In this document: one piece after another, positions 52,471-63,689 of the stretch
Numbering within the stretch: the first letter of the stretch is position 1
Layout of the letters: every line of letters begins with the position of its first letter
Assembly (NCBI GenBank): GCA_965277735.1
Contig: CBDIDO010000003.1
Span: forward strand, 624,250 to 688,249
Length of the DNA: 64,000 bases
Reading direction: 5' to 3'
Origin: Beijerinckiaceae bacterium
Lineage (GTDB): Bacteria; Pseudomonadota; Alphaproteobacteria; Rhizobiales; Beijerinckiaceae
Position numbers and translations under genes: made by a program
Notes under the pieces: generated by a model
Told to the model about the DNA's origin: nothing
Databases searched by the model: none
What the model saw: the letters and a program-made list of their open reading frames with translations, nothing else

Positions 52471-52932
52471 CTAGCCGCCGACATGGACGGAGCCGTCCGC
52501 ATCGACGACGCCCGAGATCGTAACGCCGCTCTCGTTGTTGCGCACGGAGACGACGTCGCCGGCGGCGCCGTTCTGTAGCGCGGCCGCGTAGGTCTGGATG
52601 ACGAGGCCGTCGTCCTTGTAGACGACGCGCACCAGCGAGCCGACGCGCACGAGCCGCGGCTCGCCGATCGCATTGATCGCGATCGCCTGGCCCGGCAGCA
52701 GCGTGCGCCGCGCGACCTTGCCGACGAGCATGGTCCGGTTGGTGGCAAACGACGAGCTCGCCACCGCGTCGGGGAAGTCCTGGTCGGCGAGCATGTCGTC
52801 GCGGATCACGTCGCCGGGATAGATCGTGACCGCCGCCACCGGGCGGCGCTCGGCGGCCATCGCCGGTGCAAATTGGCTGGAGATGAGCGCGTACAAGAGC
52901 AAGGCGAGGGTTAGGAAGGGCCGTGCCGGCAT
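52471..52932 (-). CDS. flgA: flagellar basal-body P-ring formation chaperone FlgA
   Basis: 153 aa with a signal peptide and a SAF-type C-terminal domain. Positioned between flgG and flgI. Confidence 0.8.
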   Translation of the reverse strand: MPARPFLTLALLLYALISSQFAPAMAAERRPVAAVTIYPGDVIRDDMLADQDFPDAVASSSFATNRTMLVGKVARRTLLPGQAIAINAIGEPRLVRVGSLVRVVYKDDGLVIQTYAAALQNGAAGDVVSVRNNESGVTISGVVDADGSVHVGG

Positions 52933-52960
52933 GGTTCGTCTCGTCCTTTGCGCGGCGCGA

Positions 52961-53746
52961 TCAGCGCATCTGGGTGAGCGTCTGGCCCATCTGGTCGGCC
53001 GCCTGGATCACCTTCGAGTTCATCTCGTAGGCGCGCTGCGCCGAGATGAGGTTGGTGATCTCGGCGACGGGATCGACGTTCGAGGATTCAAGGTAGCCCT
53101 GCGTGATCGTCGCGTAGCCGGGATCGCCCGGCGTGCCGACGACGGGCGTGCCCGAGGCCACCGTCTCCTGGAACAGATTGTTGCCGATCGGCTGCAGGCC
53201 GACCTCGTTGGCGAAGTTGGCGAGCGTCAGCTGGCCGAGCTGCACCGGCGCCGTCGTGCCGGCGACCGTCGCGTTGACGATGCCCGTCGAGCTCACCGTC
53301 ACCGTCGTCGTGTTTTGCGGGATGACGATGTTCGGCGTGATCAGGTTGCCGTCGAGCGTGACGAGCTGGCCCTGCGCATTCGTGTTGAAGGCGCCGGCGC
53401 GGGTGTATTCGATGTCGCCGTTGGCATCCTGGATCTGGAAGAAGCCGCGGCCGGTCAGCGCCATGTCGAACTGGTTGCCCGTCTGCGTCAGCGCGCCCTG
53501 GATGTGCAGGTTGCGGATCGCCGCGGTCTTCACGCCCAGGCCGAGCTGCGCGCCTTCCGGCACGGCGCCCTGGGTGCCGCGCTGGGCGACGCCCGGCAGG
53601 CGCTGGGTCTCGTAGAGCAGGTCGGTGAACTCGGCGCGAGCGCGCTTGAAGCCGGTCGTGTTGATGTTGGCGATGTTGTTGGCGATCACCTCGACGTTGG
53701 TCGTCTGGGCGTTCATGCCGGTGGCGGCAATCGTCATGGCACGCAT
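52961..53746 (-). CDS. flgG: flagellar distal rod protein FlgG
   Basis: 261 aa. N-terminal [34 protein letters not shown] and C-terminal [29 protein letters not shown]. Confidence 0.95.
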   Translation of the reverse strand: MRAMTIAATGMNAQTTNVEVIANNIANINTTGFKRARAEFTDLLYETQRLPGVAQRGTQGAVPEGAQLGLGVKTAAIRNLHIQGALTQTGNQFDMALTGRGFFQIQDANGDIEYTRAGAFNTNAQGQLVTLDGNLITPNIVIPQNTTTVTVSSTGIVNATVAGTTAPVQLGQLTLANFANEVGLQPIGNNLFQETVASGTPVVGTPGDPGYATITQGYLESSNVDPVAEITNLISAQRAYEMNSKVIQAADQMGQTLTQMR

Positions 53747-53756
53747 GTGTCAGGCC

Positions 53757-54074
53757 TCAGATCGGCATGCGGGTGACGTCCTGAAAGGCGGTGACCGCCT
53801 TGTCACGGACGGCGAGGGCGGTCTGCAGCTGCTCCTGCGCGTTCATCACGGCCTCGACGACCGACTGCGTCGTCGCCTTGCCCTGGATGCCGGAGATCGA
53901 CGCGGCTTCGGCGCCCTTCAGCTTGTCGGCCGTGTCCTGCGAGAAGGAGGCGAGCAGCGAGGTGAAGCTGTCCGACGCGCCGGCGATGCTCGACGAGCTC
54001 GTGGCGGCGGACGACGCGGTCTGCGCCGGCCCTAGGACGGACGAAAGGGCGCCGACGGCGAGAGGAGCGATCAT
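53757..54074 (-). CDS. fliE: flagellar hook-basal body complex protein FliE
   Basis: 105 aa with the conserved C-terminal [34 protein letters not shown]. Confidence 0.85.
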   Translation of the reverse strand: MIAPLAVGALSSVLGPAQTASSAATSSSSIAGASDSFTSLLASFSQDTADKLKGAEAASISGIQGKATTQSVVEAVMNAQEQLQTALAVRDKAVTAFQDVTRMPI

Positions 54075-54496
54075 GAGGAGCCCTTGAGGAGATCGATGGT
54101 CATCGAGATGAGGTCGCGCGATTCCTTCACGACCTGGAGGTTGGCCTCGTAGGCGCGATTGGCTTCGCGCATATCGGCCATCTCCATGATAAGGTTAATA
54201 TTAGGAAGCTTTACAAACCCTTTCGCATCGGCCGCCGGGTTGCCCGGATCGTGCTCGACGGTGAAGGGTGCGTCATCCGTGCCGACGTTGGCGACCTGCA
54301 CGAGGTCGGCGCCCGTCGCCTGATCCATCGCGGCTTCGAAGGTGATCGTCTTGCGCCGATAAGGGTCGGCGCCGGCCACCGATCCGGTCGACTGCGCGTT
54401 GGCGATGTTCTCGCTGGTCACGCGCATGCGCGCCGAGTTCGCGGTCATCCCGGAATCGGCGATCTTGAGCGAGGCCTGGAGCGGGTCGACGATCAT
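54071..54496 (-). CDS. flgC: flagellar proximal rod protein FlgC
   Basis: 141 aa from the ATG at 54496. Contains [12 protein letters not shown] and C-terminal [24 protein letters not shown]. Confidence 0.95.
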   Translation of the reverse strand: MIVDPLQASLKIADSGMTANSARMRVTSENIANAQSTGSVAGADPYRRKTITFEAAMDQATGADLVQVANVGTDDAPFTVEHDPGNPAADAKGFVKLPNINLIMEMADMREANRAYEANLQVVKESRDLISMTIDLLKGSS

Positions 54497-54528
54497 CTTT
54501 CCTCTCTTGCTGGCGCAAGGTCTTGATG

Positions 54529-54556
54529 GCGCACGTCGGCAACAGCCGACGTGCGC
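54529..54556 (-). other. perfect 12-bp GC-rich stem-loop between flgB and flgC
   Basis: GCGCACGTCGGC-AACA-GCCGACGTGCGC, read directly. It abuts the flgB stop codon. No U-tract follows. The flgC RBS GAGAGGAAAG lies downstream. Confidence 0.5.
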
Positions 54557-54939
54557 TAGCTTTTCAGGCTCGCCATCAGCATGCTGTGGAAGGAGCGCAC
54601 GATATTGGTCGTCAGCGCGTAGTCGCGCGCGACCTCGCCGGCCTTGCCCATCTGCGTCTCGATGCCGACGGTGTTGCCGCTCTCGGTGACCTCGAAGCCG
54701 CCGTCCTCGTCGGCCGTGGTGCCGTCGACGCCGGCGGTGTCGGTGACCGGCAAGTGAGCGGGGTCGGTCGAGGCCATCTGCAGGTGCGTCTGCGAGAGCA
54801 CGTCTGCGAAGGGCACGACGTCCTTCTGCTGGTAGCCCGGCGCGTTCATGTTGGCGACGTTCTGCGCCACCGTCGACTGGCGCAGGGCGAGCCAGGCGCT
54901 TTTGCGCGACGCGAGACCCAGGAGGTAGATCGGTTCCAT
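54556..54939 (-). CDS. flgB: flagellar proximal rod protein FlgB
   Basis: 127 aa from the ATG at 54939. Contains [22 protein letters not shown] (the rod-protein N-terminal motif). First gene of the flgBC-fliE-flgG... operon. Confidence 0.9.
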   Translation of the reverse strand: MEPIYLLGLASRKSAWLALRQSTVAQNVANMNAPGYQQKDVVPFADVLSQTHLQMASTDPAHLPVTDTAGVDGTTADEDGGFEVTESGNTVGIETQMGKAGEVARDYALTTNIVRSFHSMLMASLKS

Positions 54940-55022
54940 GCATCCAAGCCTGGCCGACCGAGCTTGCCCGAGGCTGATCGGGCTGCCGCAATGCGGCAAC
55001 GGATTGGACGTGCCGGACTAGC

Positions 55023-55142
55023 CTCGTCTTTCCGGGGCGAGCAAAGCGAGGGCCCGGAACCCAGGACCGCGATCCTCCCGGACGATCCGGCGTCCGCGTC
55101 GTCCTGGGTCGCGAGCCCGCCTGCGGCGTCCCGCGATGACGG
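55023..55142. repeat. palindromic REP/MITE-like element, type 2 left arm with a diverged, type-1-like right arm
   Basis: The left arm CTCGTCTTTCCGGGGCGAGCAAAGCGAGGGCCCGGAACCCAGGA matches 2464..2503. The right arm is TCCTGGGTCGCGAGCCCGCCTGCGGCGTCCCGCGATGACGG. It lies upstream of flgB. Confidence 0.6.
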
Positions 55143-55165
55143 CTCCAACCGGCGGATCTACAGCG

Positions 55166-55588
55166 TCAGTTGACCCACGGCCCGATCGCGTCGAGCAGCT
55201 CGTCGCGCTTGAAGGGCTTGCGGAGGTGGCCGTTCATGCCGGCTTCCAGCAGGCCCTGGATGCGGTCCGGCGCCTGCTCGCCCGTCAGCGCGACGATCGG
55301 GACTTCGCCGTGCGGCGCGGCGAGGCCGCGGATCATGCAGGTCGCGCTCACGCCGTCGATCTTCGGCATGTAGACGTCCATCAGGATCAGCGCGTAGCGA
55401 TGGCTGGCCGCCAGGCGGAAGGCCTCTTCGCCGTCCTCGGCGATGTCGACGATGAAGCCGGCCCGCGTGAGCATCGCGCGCGCCATGTCGCGGATGATCG
55501 AGAGGTCGTCGACCAGCAGGATGCGCTGCGGCTCCCTCGCCTCCGCGTGGTCCCTCGCAGGGGCGGATGAGACCAAACCCTGGTCCAT
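55166..55588 (-). CDS. single-domain response regulator (CheY-like receiver)
   Basis: 140 aa from the ATG at 55588. Contains ILLVDD, ALILMDVYMPKIDG (phospho-acceptor Asp), ALTG and LRKPF. Confidence 0.85.
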   Translation of the reverse strand: MDQGLVSSAPARDHAEAREPQRILLVDDLSIIRDMARAMLTRAGFIVDIAEDGEEAFRLAASHRYALILMDVYMPKIDGVSATCMIRGLAAPHGEVPIVALTGEQAPDRIQGLLEAGMNGHLRKPFKRDELLDAIGPWVN

Positions 55589-55857
55589 CTTGAAATCCCA
55601 GCCACGCGCGACGCCCGCACCGAAGTCTCGGCGCGCGGCTTTACGGTACAAGAAGATCCCTTCGAGCCCGTAAACGGGTTTGGCGGGATTTCGCGCTCTG
55701 CGGAAGGATCGAGGGTTCAGGGCGGCCGCTGGTTTGCCGGGCGGCCGACCGCGAAAGATGCCTGGCGCTTCTGGCGATTGCCGCACCGGGCGTTCCGATC
55801 GACGCGCGCACGATTGAGCATTTCAAAGCTGCGGCCCGGTACTCGGACCGCGGCGAC

Positions 55858-56468
55858 TTGGCTCTCGCCAACCTGCGTCTTGTCTTCGCAGACCTGCCTC
55901 GGCTTCGCGACGCCGGCGACGCGGCGCGCCTGCGGGCGGCCGAGTACCTGCTCGATCACGGCATGACGCCCGGCGAGCTTCTGCACAAACTCGAGATGGA
56001 TGCCGCCGCGCTCGGTCTCGAAAAATACGACCCCGACCAGCCGCGGTGCCCGCCGGTCGGGGGAAGGATGGTGGACGCTGGACCAACGCCATCTGGGATC
56101 GGGTCAGTCACTGGCTGGATGAGGAAGTGCCGGTCTACGACACCGACACCGGCGACGAGGTCGGCACGCAGTCGCGCGGACGCGCGATGGCCACGAACCC
56201 GCTGACGATCGCCGCGGCCGGCACGGCGGCTTTCTTTGCCGCCGAAGCCGCTGCGGCTGCAGCCGCAGCTGCCGCAGCAAAGTTGCCGGACGCGGTCGAG
56301 GACGATCTCGACTTGCTCGGACGTGTGGACCGCCCGGCAGGATCACGGTCGTCGCCAGGTCGATCGAGGCGCCGTCCGTTGTGGCCCGACGCTCCAGGCT
56401 GTCGTTTCGGCAGCCGCACGCCGCTCGACACGTTTGGTTGGCGCGAAAAACGACAGGGCAGACACTAA
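55858..56468 (+). pseudogene. frameshifted/decayed gene remnant (contains a DPDQPR|VPAGRGKDGGRWT-type motif split across two frames, then an Ala tract)
   Basis: Track ORFs 55858..56205 and 56046..56468 are each protein-like on only one side of about 56045. By my own translation, the first frame also stays open upstream of 55858 without a canonical start. Confidence 0.3.
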
Positions 56469-56475
56469 AGTGATT

Positions 56476-56515
56476 GCCTAAGTGTCGAGGCGGGGATAGT
56501 TAGGCGTGTGCCTAA
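56476..56515. promoter_or_regulatory. candidate ArsR operator: GCCTAA / TTAGGC / GCCTAA half-sites, the last pair forming TTAGGC-GTGT-GCCTAA over the arsR start
   Basis: Read directly: GCCTAA at 56476-56481, TTAGGC at 56500-56505, GCCTAA at 56510-56515. The GTG start at 56508 lies inside the 6-4-6 palindrome. Confidence 0.4.
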
Positions 56516-56858
56516 CCAATCGACCGACCTCGACCGGCTCTTCAACGCCCTGGCCGATCCCGCGCGTCGCGTCATCGTGGAGCGACTGAGCCGCGGCCCG
56601 GCACCCGTGAGTGAACTGGCCAAGCCGCTGCCGATGTCGCTGCCATCGGTCATGCAGCATCTTGGTGTGCTCGAGGCCGCAGGGCTCGTGCGGTCGGAGA
56701 AGGTCGGGAGGGTGCGGACATGCTTGATCGAGCCCGGCGCGCTCAGTCTGGCCGAGCAATGGATCGACGCCCGGCGAACGGAATGGGAGCATCGCCTCGA
56801 TCGCTTGGGCACCTATCTCGCAAACCTGCCGATGGAGGAACCAGACGGTGCCGAATGA
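56508..56858 (+). CDS. ArsR/SmtB family transcriptional regulator
   Basis: 116 aa. Contains LFNALADPARRVIVERLSRGPAPVSELAKPLPMSLPSVMQHLGVLEAAGLV (winged HTH). No obvious metal-site Cys pair. Confidence 0.85.
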   Translation: MPNQSTDLDRLFNALADPARRVIVERLSRGPAPVSELAKPLPMSLPSVMQHLGVLEAAGLVRSEKVGRVRTCLIEPGALSLAEQWIDARRTEWEHRLDRLGTYLANLPMEEPDGAE

Positions 56859-57543
56859 CGAACCTGTCCTGACCCTGCACATGCACCCTTTGGCATCCTA
56901 CTGCTGGAAGGTGCTGGTCGCGCTCCATGAGTCCGAGATACCATTCTGTTCCGTACGGATCGACGGTGTTGCAAAGCATAACAAGGGGTACGCGGACCTA
57001 TGGCCGCTCGCCAAGATGCCGCTGTTGCAGGATGGCGAGCATGTCGTGCCTGAGACCTCGATCATCATCGAGTATCTTCAGGCTCACCATAAAGGCGCAG
57101 CTATCCTGATCCCGGCTGATGGCGATGCGGCCCGCGAGGTGAGGTTGTGGGATCGCGTCTTCGATCTCTATGTCCACACGCCTTTGCAGAAATTCGTGTC
57201 GGATCGGCTGCGTCCAGAGGGTGGCAAGGACGCCCTGGGCGTCGAGGAAGCGCGCGCGACCCTCGATGGCGCCTACGCCATGCTGGATCGCCGAATGGCC
57301 GGGCGGGAATGGGTTGCCGGCGATGCGTTCTCGATGGCCGACTGCGCCGCCATGCCGCCGCTCTTCTATGTCGACGCGGTCTATCCCTATCGCGCCGCCT
57401 ATCCGGCCCTGGCCGCCTATTTCGAGCGACTTTTACTTCGGACGTCCGTTCAGCGGGTGATCCGCGAGGCCCAGCCTTGGTTGCCGTACTTCCCGTTCGC
57501 AGATTCGCTCGAACCACCCTTCCTCGCCGCGACAGCCGAGTGA
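56848..57543 (+). CDS. glutathione S-transferase family protein
   Basis: 231 aa. The GTG start is preceded by GGAGGA. N-terminal thioredoxin-like fold (LASYCWKVLVALHE...PLAKMPLLQDG...ETSIIIEYL) and a C-terminal helical domain. Confidence 0.8.
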   Translation: MPNDEPVLTLHMHPLASYCWKVLVALHESEIPFCSVRIDGVAKHNKGYADLWPLAKMPLLQDGEHVVPETSIIIEYLQAHHKGAAILIPADGDAAREVRLWDRVFDLYVHTPLQKFVSDRLRPEGGKDALGVEEARATLDGAYAMLDRRMAGREWVAGDAFSMADCAAMPPLFYVDAVYPYRAAYPALAAYFERLLLRTSVQRVIREAQPWLPYFPFADSLEPPFLAATAE

Positions 57544-57564
57544 GATCAATCGGAGGAAGTTGTC

Positions 57565-58098
57565 ATGCCCCGGAAGCCATTTGACGCCGGCGACGCCATC
57601 GAAGCCCATGCTGCTGCCAAGGCGCGCATCGCAGATGAGCCTACGCGCTCTGTCGTGCACGCCACCTTCCACCTGGAGCGAACCTACGACGCCTCTCCGT
57701 CGCGCGTGTGGAAGGCGCTGACAAGCCCGAGTGCGAAAGCCCAGTGGTTCGCCGCGCCGTCCGAAACGGTCGAAATCATCGAACGTGCGATGGATGTGCG
57801 ACCCGGCGGGCGCGAGCGGCTCAAGGGGCGCTGGGGCGGACGCGTGGTCTCGACCTATGACGCAACCTATTACGACGTGATCGCGAACGAACGGCTGGTG
57901 TATTGCTACGAGATGCATTTGGACGATCGGAAGATCTCTGTTTCCGTTGCGACCATGCTGTTGAAGGCAGATGGAAAACGGACCCAGCTCCAGCTTACGG
58001 AGCAAGGTGCATTTCTCGATGGCTACGACGACGCCGGTTCGCGCGAGCGCGGCACAAATGAACTCTTGAGTCTGCTGGGTCAGGCGCTGACGGTATAA
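57565..58098 (+). CDS. SRPBCC family protein (AHSA1/START-like)
   Basis: 177 aa. Contains FHLERTYDASPSRVWKALTSP...W. and the usual ArsR-SRPBCC gene pairing. GGAGGAAG lies upstream of the ATG. Confidence 0.8.
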   Translation: MPRKPFDAGDAIEAHAAAKARIADEPTRSVVHATFHLERTYDASPSRVWKALTSPSAKAQWFAAPSETVEIIERAMDVRPGGRERLKGRWGGRVVSTYDATYYDVIANERLVYCYEMHLDDRKISVSVATMLLKADGKRTQLQLTEQGAFLDGYDDAGSRERGTNELLSLLGQALTV

Positions 58099-58270
58099 GC
58101 GCCGAAAAATTCAGGGCCGGCTGATACCGCCCTGTCGAGTCGCGATCCTTGGTGTCACGCGACCTCGCCGCAAGTTTCTGCACCGCCTGCCCTCGATCCG
58201 CCCCCTCGACGCCCCGACTTGGCGTGTGACATGCTAGCTGCCAGGGGACACACCCGCGGGGCCGGCACAG

Positions 58271-61765
<3,495 letters not shown>

Positions 61766-61822
61766 ATGCGGACCCGATGAACGGCTAGCGCGCTCGGTAC
61801 CTCGCGATGAGGAAGGGTCTCT

Positions 61823-62179
61823 TCAGACGGCCGGTACCGGTAACGGACGCAAGCCGGACAGGATGTCGACAGCCTCCGCTGCGATCTGCCTGATGTCGCG
61901 CCGATCAGGAAGCTTGCCGTCGTCGTGCAATCGCGTCTGAGCGACCAGCGCCACGACTTTCGCCAGTGCGATCCGGATCTCGGCCGCCGCGAGGCACACT
62001 TCGTCGATGGTCGCGATCGCCAGATGATAGGCCTCGCTGATGGCGGACGCCAAGCTGGGAGCAAGTGTCGACACCTCGACGAACGGTAGCGCAAACACCT
62101 GCTGCAATCTGATCGCGCTGATGAGAGGCGTCGACGCGGGTGCATTCGCGTCGATAGCAGACGTCGCCGTAGGGCTCAT
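61823..62179 (-). CDS. hypothetical protein (118 aa)
   Basis: The ATG at 62179 is preceded by GGAGAA. Codon bias is weaker than its neighbours (more TTG/CTT/GCT/AAT codons). No family recognised. Confidence 0.4.
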   Translation of the reverse strand: MSPTATSAIDANAPASTPLISAIRLQQVFALPFVEVSTLAPSLASAISEAYHLAIATIDEVCLAAAEIRIALAKVVALVAQTRLHDDGKLPDRRDIRQIAAEAVDILSGLRPLPVPAV

Positions 62180-62274
62180 GCGATTCTCCACGCCAGATAC
62201 AACTGCTCAGCTTAGCGACGGTTGCATTGCGAAAGAGATGCCAAGTGCGTCCCGGCGGCCATGAGGCCGCCCCG

Positions 62275-63570
62275 CTATTGGTTGCTGGCCCGGTCCGCCG
62301 CGAGCAGCGCCAGTCCCGAGGCGACGGATTGGAAGGCGTCGCCCTGGTGCAGGCGCTCCGGCGGGAAGCGCCGCGCGAACAGCTCGCGCACGGCGGGCAC
62401 GAACGATGTGCCGCCGGTCAGGAAGACCGCATCGACGTCGCTGTCGTGGATGCCGGCGCGTTCGAGCGCGATGTCGACGGTCGCCTCGATGGCCGCGAGA
62501 TCGTCGGCAATCCAACGCTCGAAGTCGCCCCGCGTCACCTCGGCCTCGATGGCGATGTCCCAGCCGGAGAAGCGCAGCGTCGCTGTCTCAGCGCGCGAAA
62601 GGGCCGCCTTGGTGTCGCCGACGGCGCGGTAGAGCGCGAGCCCCATGTCCATCTCGACGATCGTGGCGAGCGCCTCGAGCTCGTCGCCGCGATCGCTCGC
62701 CGCGGCGAGCTTGCGGAGATCCGCGAGGATGGTGCCGGACTTCAGCCACGATAGCTGATGCCATTGCGCGAAGGACGCGTGGACATACGCGGGGATTGGC
62801 AGGGCCTTGTCGAAGGAGCGGTAGGTGGCGCCCTTGCCGAGACGCGGCGCCACGACATGATCGAGGATGCGATAATCGAACGTGTCGCCGGCGATGCCGA
62901 CGCCGGCATGCGACAGCGGCTCGGCCTTGATCTTTTCGGCGCCGCGCGCGCCTTTGCCGCGCTCTCCCTGGCCGCGCGAGAAGCGCATGATGGAAAAATC
63001 GCTGGTGCCGCCGCCGAAATCGGCGACGAGCACCGTCTCGTCGCGCTTCAGCTCCCGCGCGTACCAATAGGCCGCCCCGAGCGGCTCGTAGGCCAGCATG
63101 ACGTCCGCCATGCCGGCCTCGGCATAGGCGGCCGTCAGGCGGGTGACCGCGAGATCCTCGTCCACGACGTGGCCCGCGAACGTGACCGGCCGCCCCGCGA
63201 CGATGCGGCCGTCGGGGATCTCGCCCGCCGTAAGATCCGCAAGAAAGGTGGCAATCAAAGTCTCGATCGTGAAGCGTTGGCCGTAGAGCCGCGTTTCCGA
63301 AAAGGCGCGGCTCGCCAGATGCGTTTTCAGCGATTGCACGAAGCGCTGCTCGCCCACGGGCGACTCGGCGCGGGCGATCGCCTCGGGCCCGGCGACGTGA
63401 TTCACGCTGCGCCCCTCGCGCCAGAACGTCAGCGCCGTGCGAAACGTCGAGGTCGGGCCTTCCGGCGTCGGCCACGCCCGGCTTTCGACACGGCCGTCGC
63501 CGTAAACCAGGGCCACGACGCTGTTGGTCGTGCCGAAATCGATGCCGACACCGGTGATCGGAGAGGTCAA
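62275..63570 (-). CDS. Hsp70-family (actin-like ATPase) protein, YegD-like
   Basis: 431 aa. Phosphate-1 GIDFGTTNSVVA, phosphate-2 VADFGGGTSDFSI and adenosine motif VFLTGGTSFVPAV. There is no substrate-binding domain. Confidence 0.85.
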   Translation of the reverse strand: MTSPITGVGIDFGTTNSVVALVYGDGRVESRAWPTPEGPTSTFRTALTFWREGRSVNHVAGPEAIARAESPVGEQRFVQSLKTHLASRAFSETRLYGQRFTIETLIATFLADLTAGEIPDGRIVAGRPVTFAGHVVDEDLAVTRLTAAYAEAGMADVMLAYEPLGAAYWYARELKRDETVLVADFGGGTSDFSIMRFSRGQGERGKGARGAEKIKAEPLSHAGVGIAGDTFDYRILDHVVAPRLGKGATYRSFDKALPIPAYVHASFAQWHQLSWLKSGTILADLRKLAAASDRGDELEALATIVEMDMGLALYRAVGDTKAALSRAETATLRFSGWDIAIEAEVTRGDFERWIADDLAAIEATVDIALERAGIHDSDVDAVFLTGGTSFVPAVRELFARRFPPERLHQGDAFQSVASGLALLAADRASNQ

Positions 63571-63689
63571 GTTCCAACGCTACGAATGAGGGAGGGGCGC
63601 GCGGCTCTTACACGCGTAGCCTCGTCGATGCTATGGCGACGGCCCTTCGCGGTCCCGGCGCGGACGAGCCCAGATTTTGGGAAACACGC

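Noticed and set aside
56236-56300. GCN-rich tract (GCCGCTGCGGCTGCAGCCGCAGCTGCCGCAGCA) considered as a microsatellite/contingency locus
   Set aside because: The codons are heterogeneous, not a perfect short tandem repeat. It is more simply an Ala tract within the decayed gene remnant. I noted it under that finding instead.
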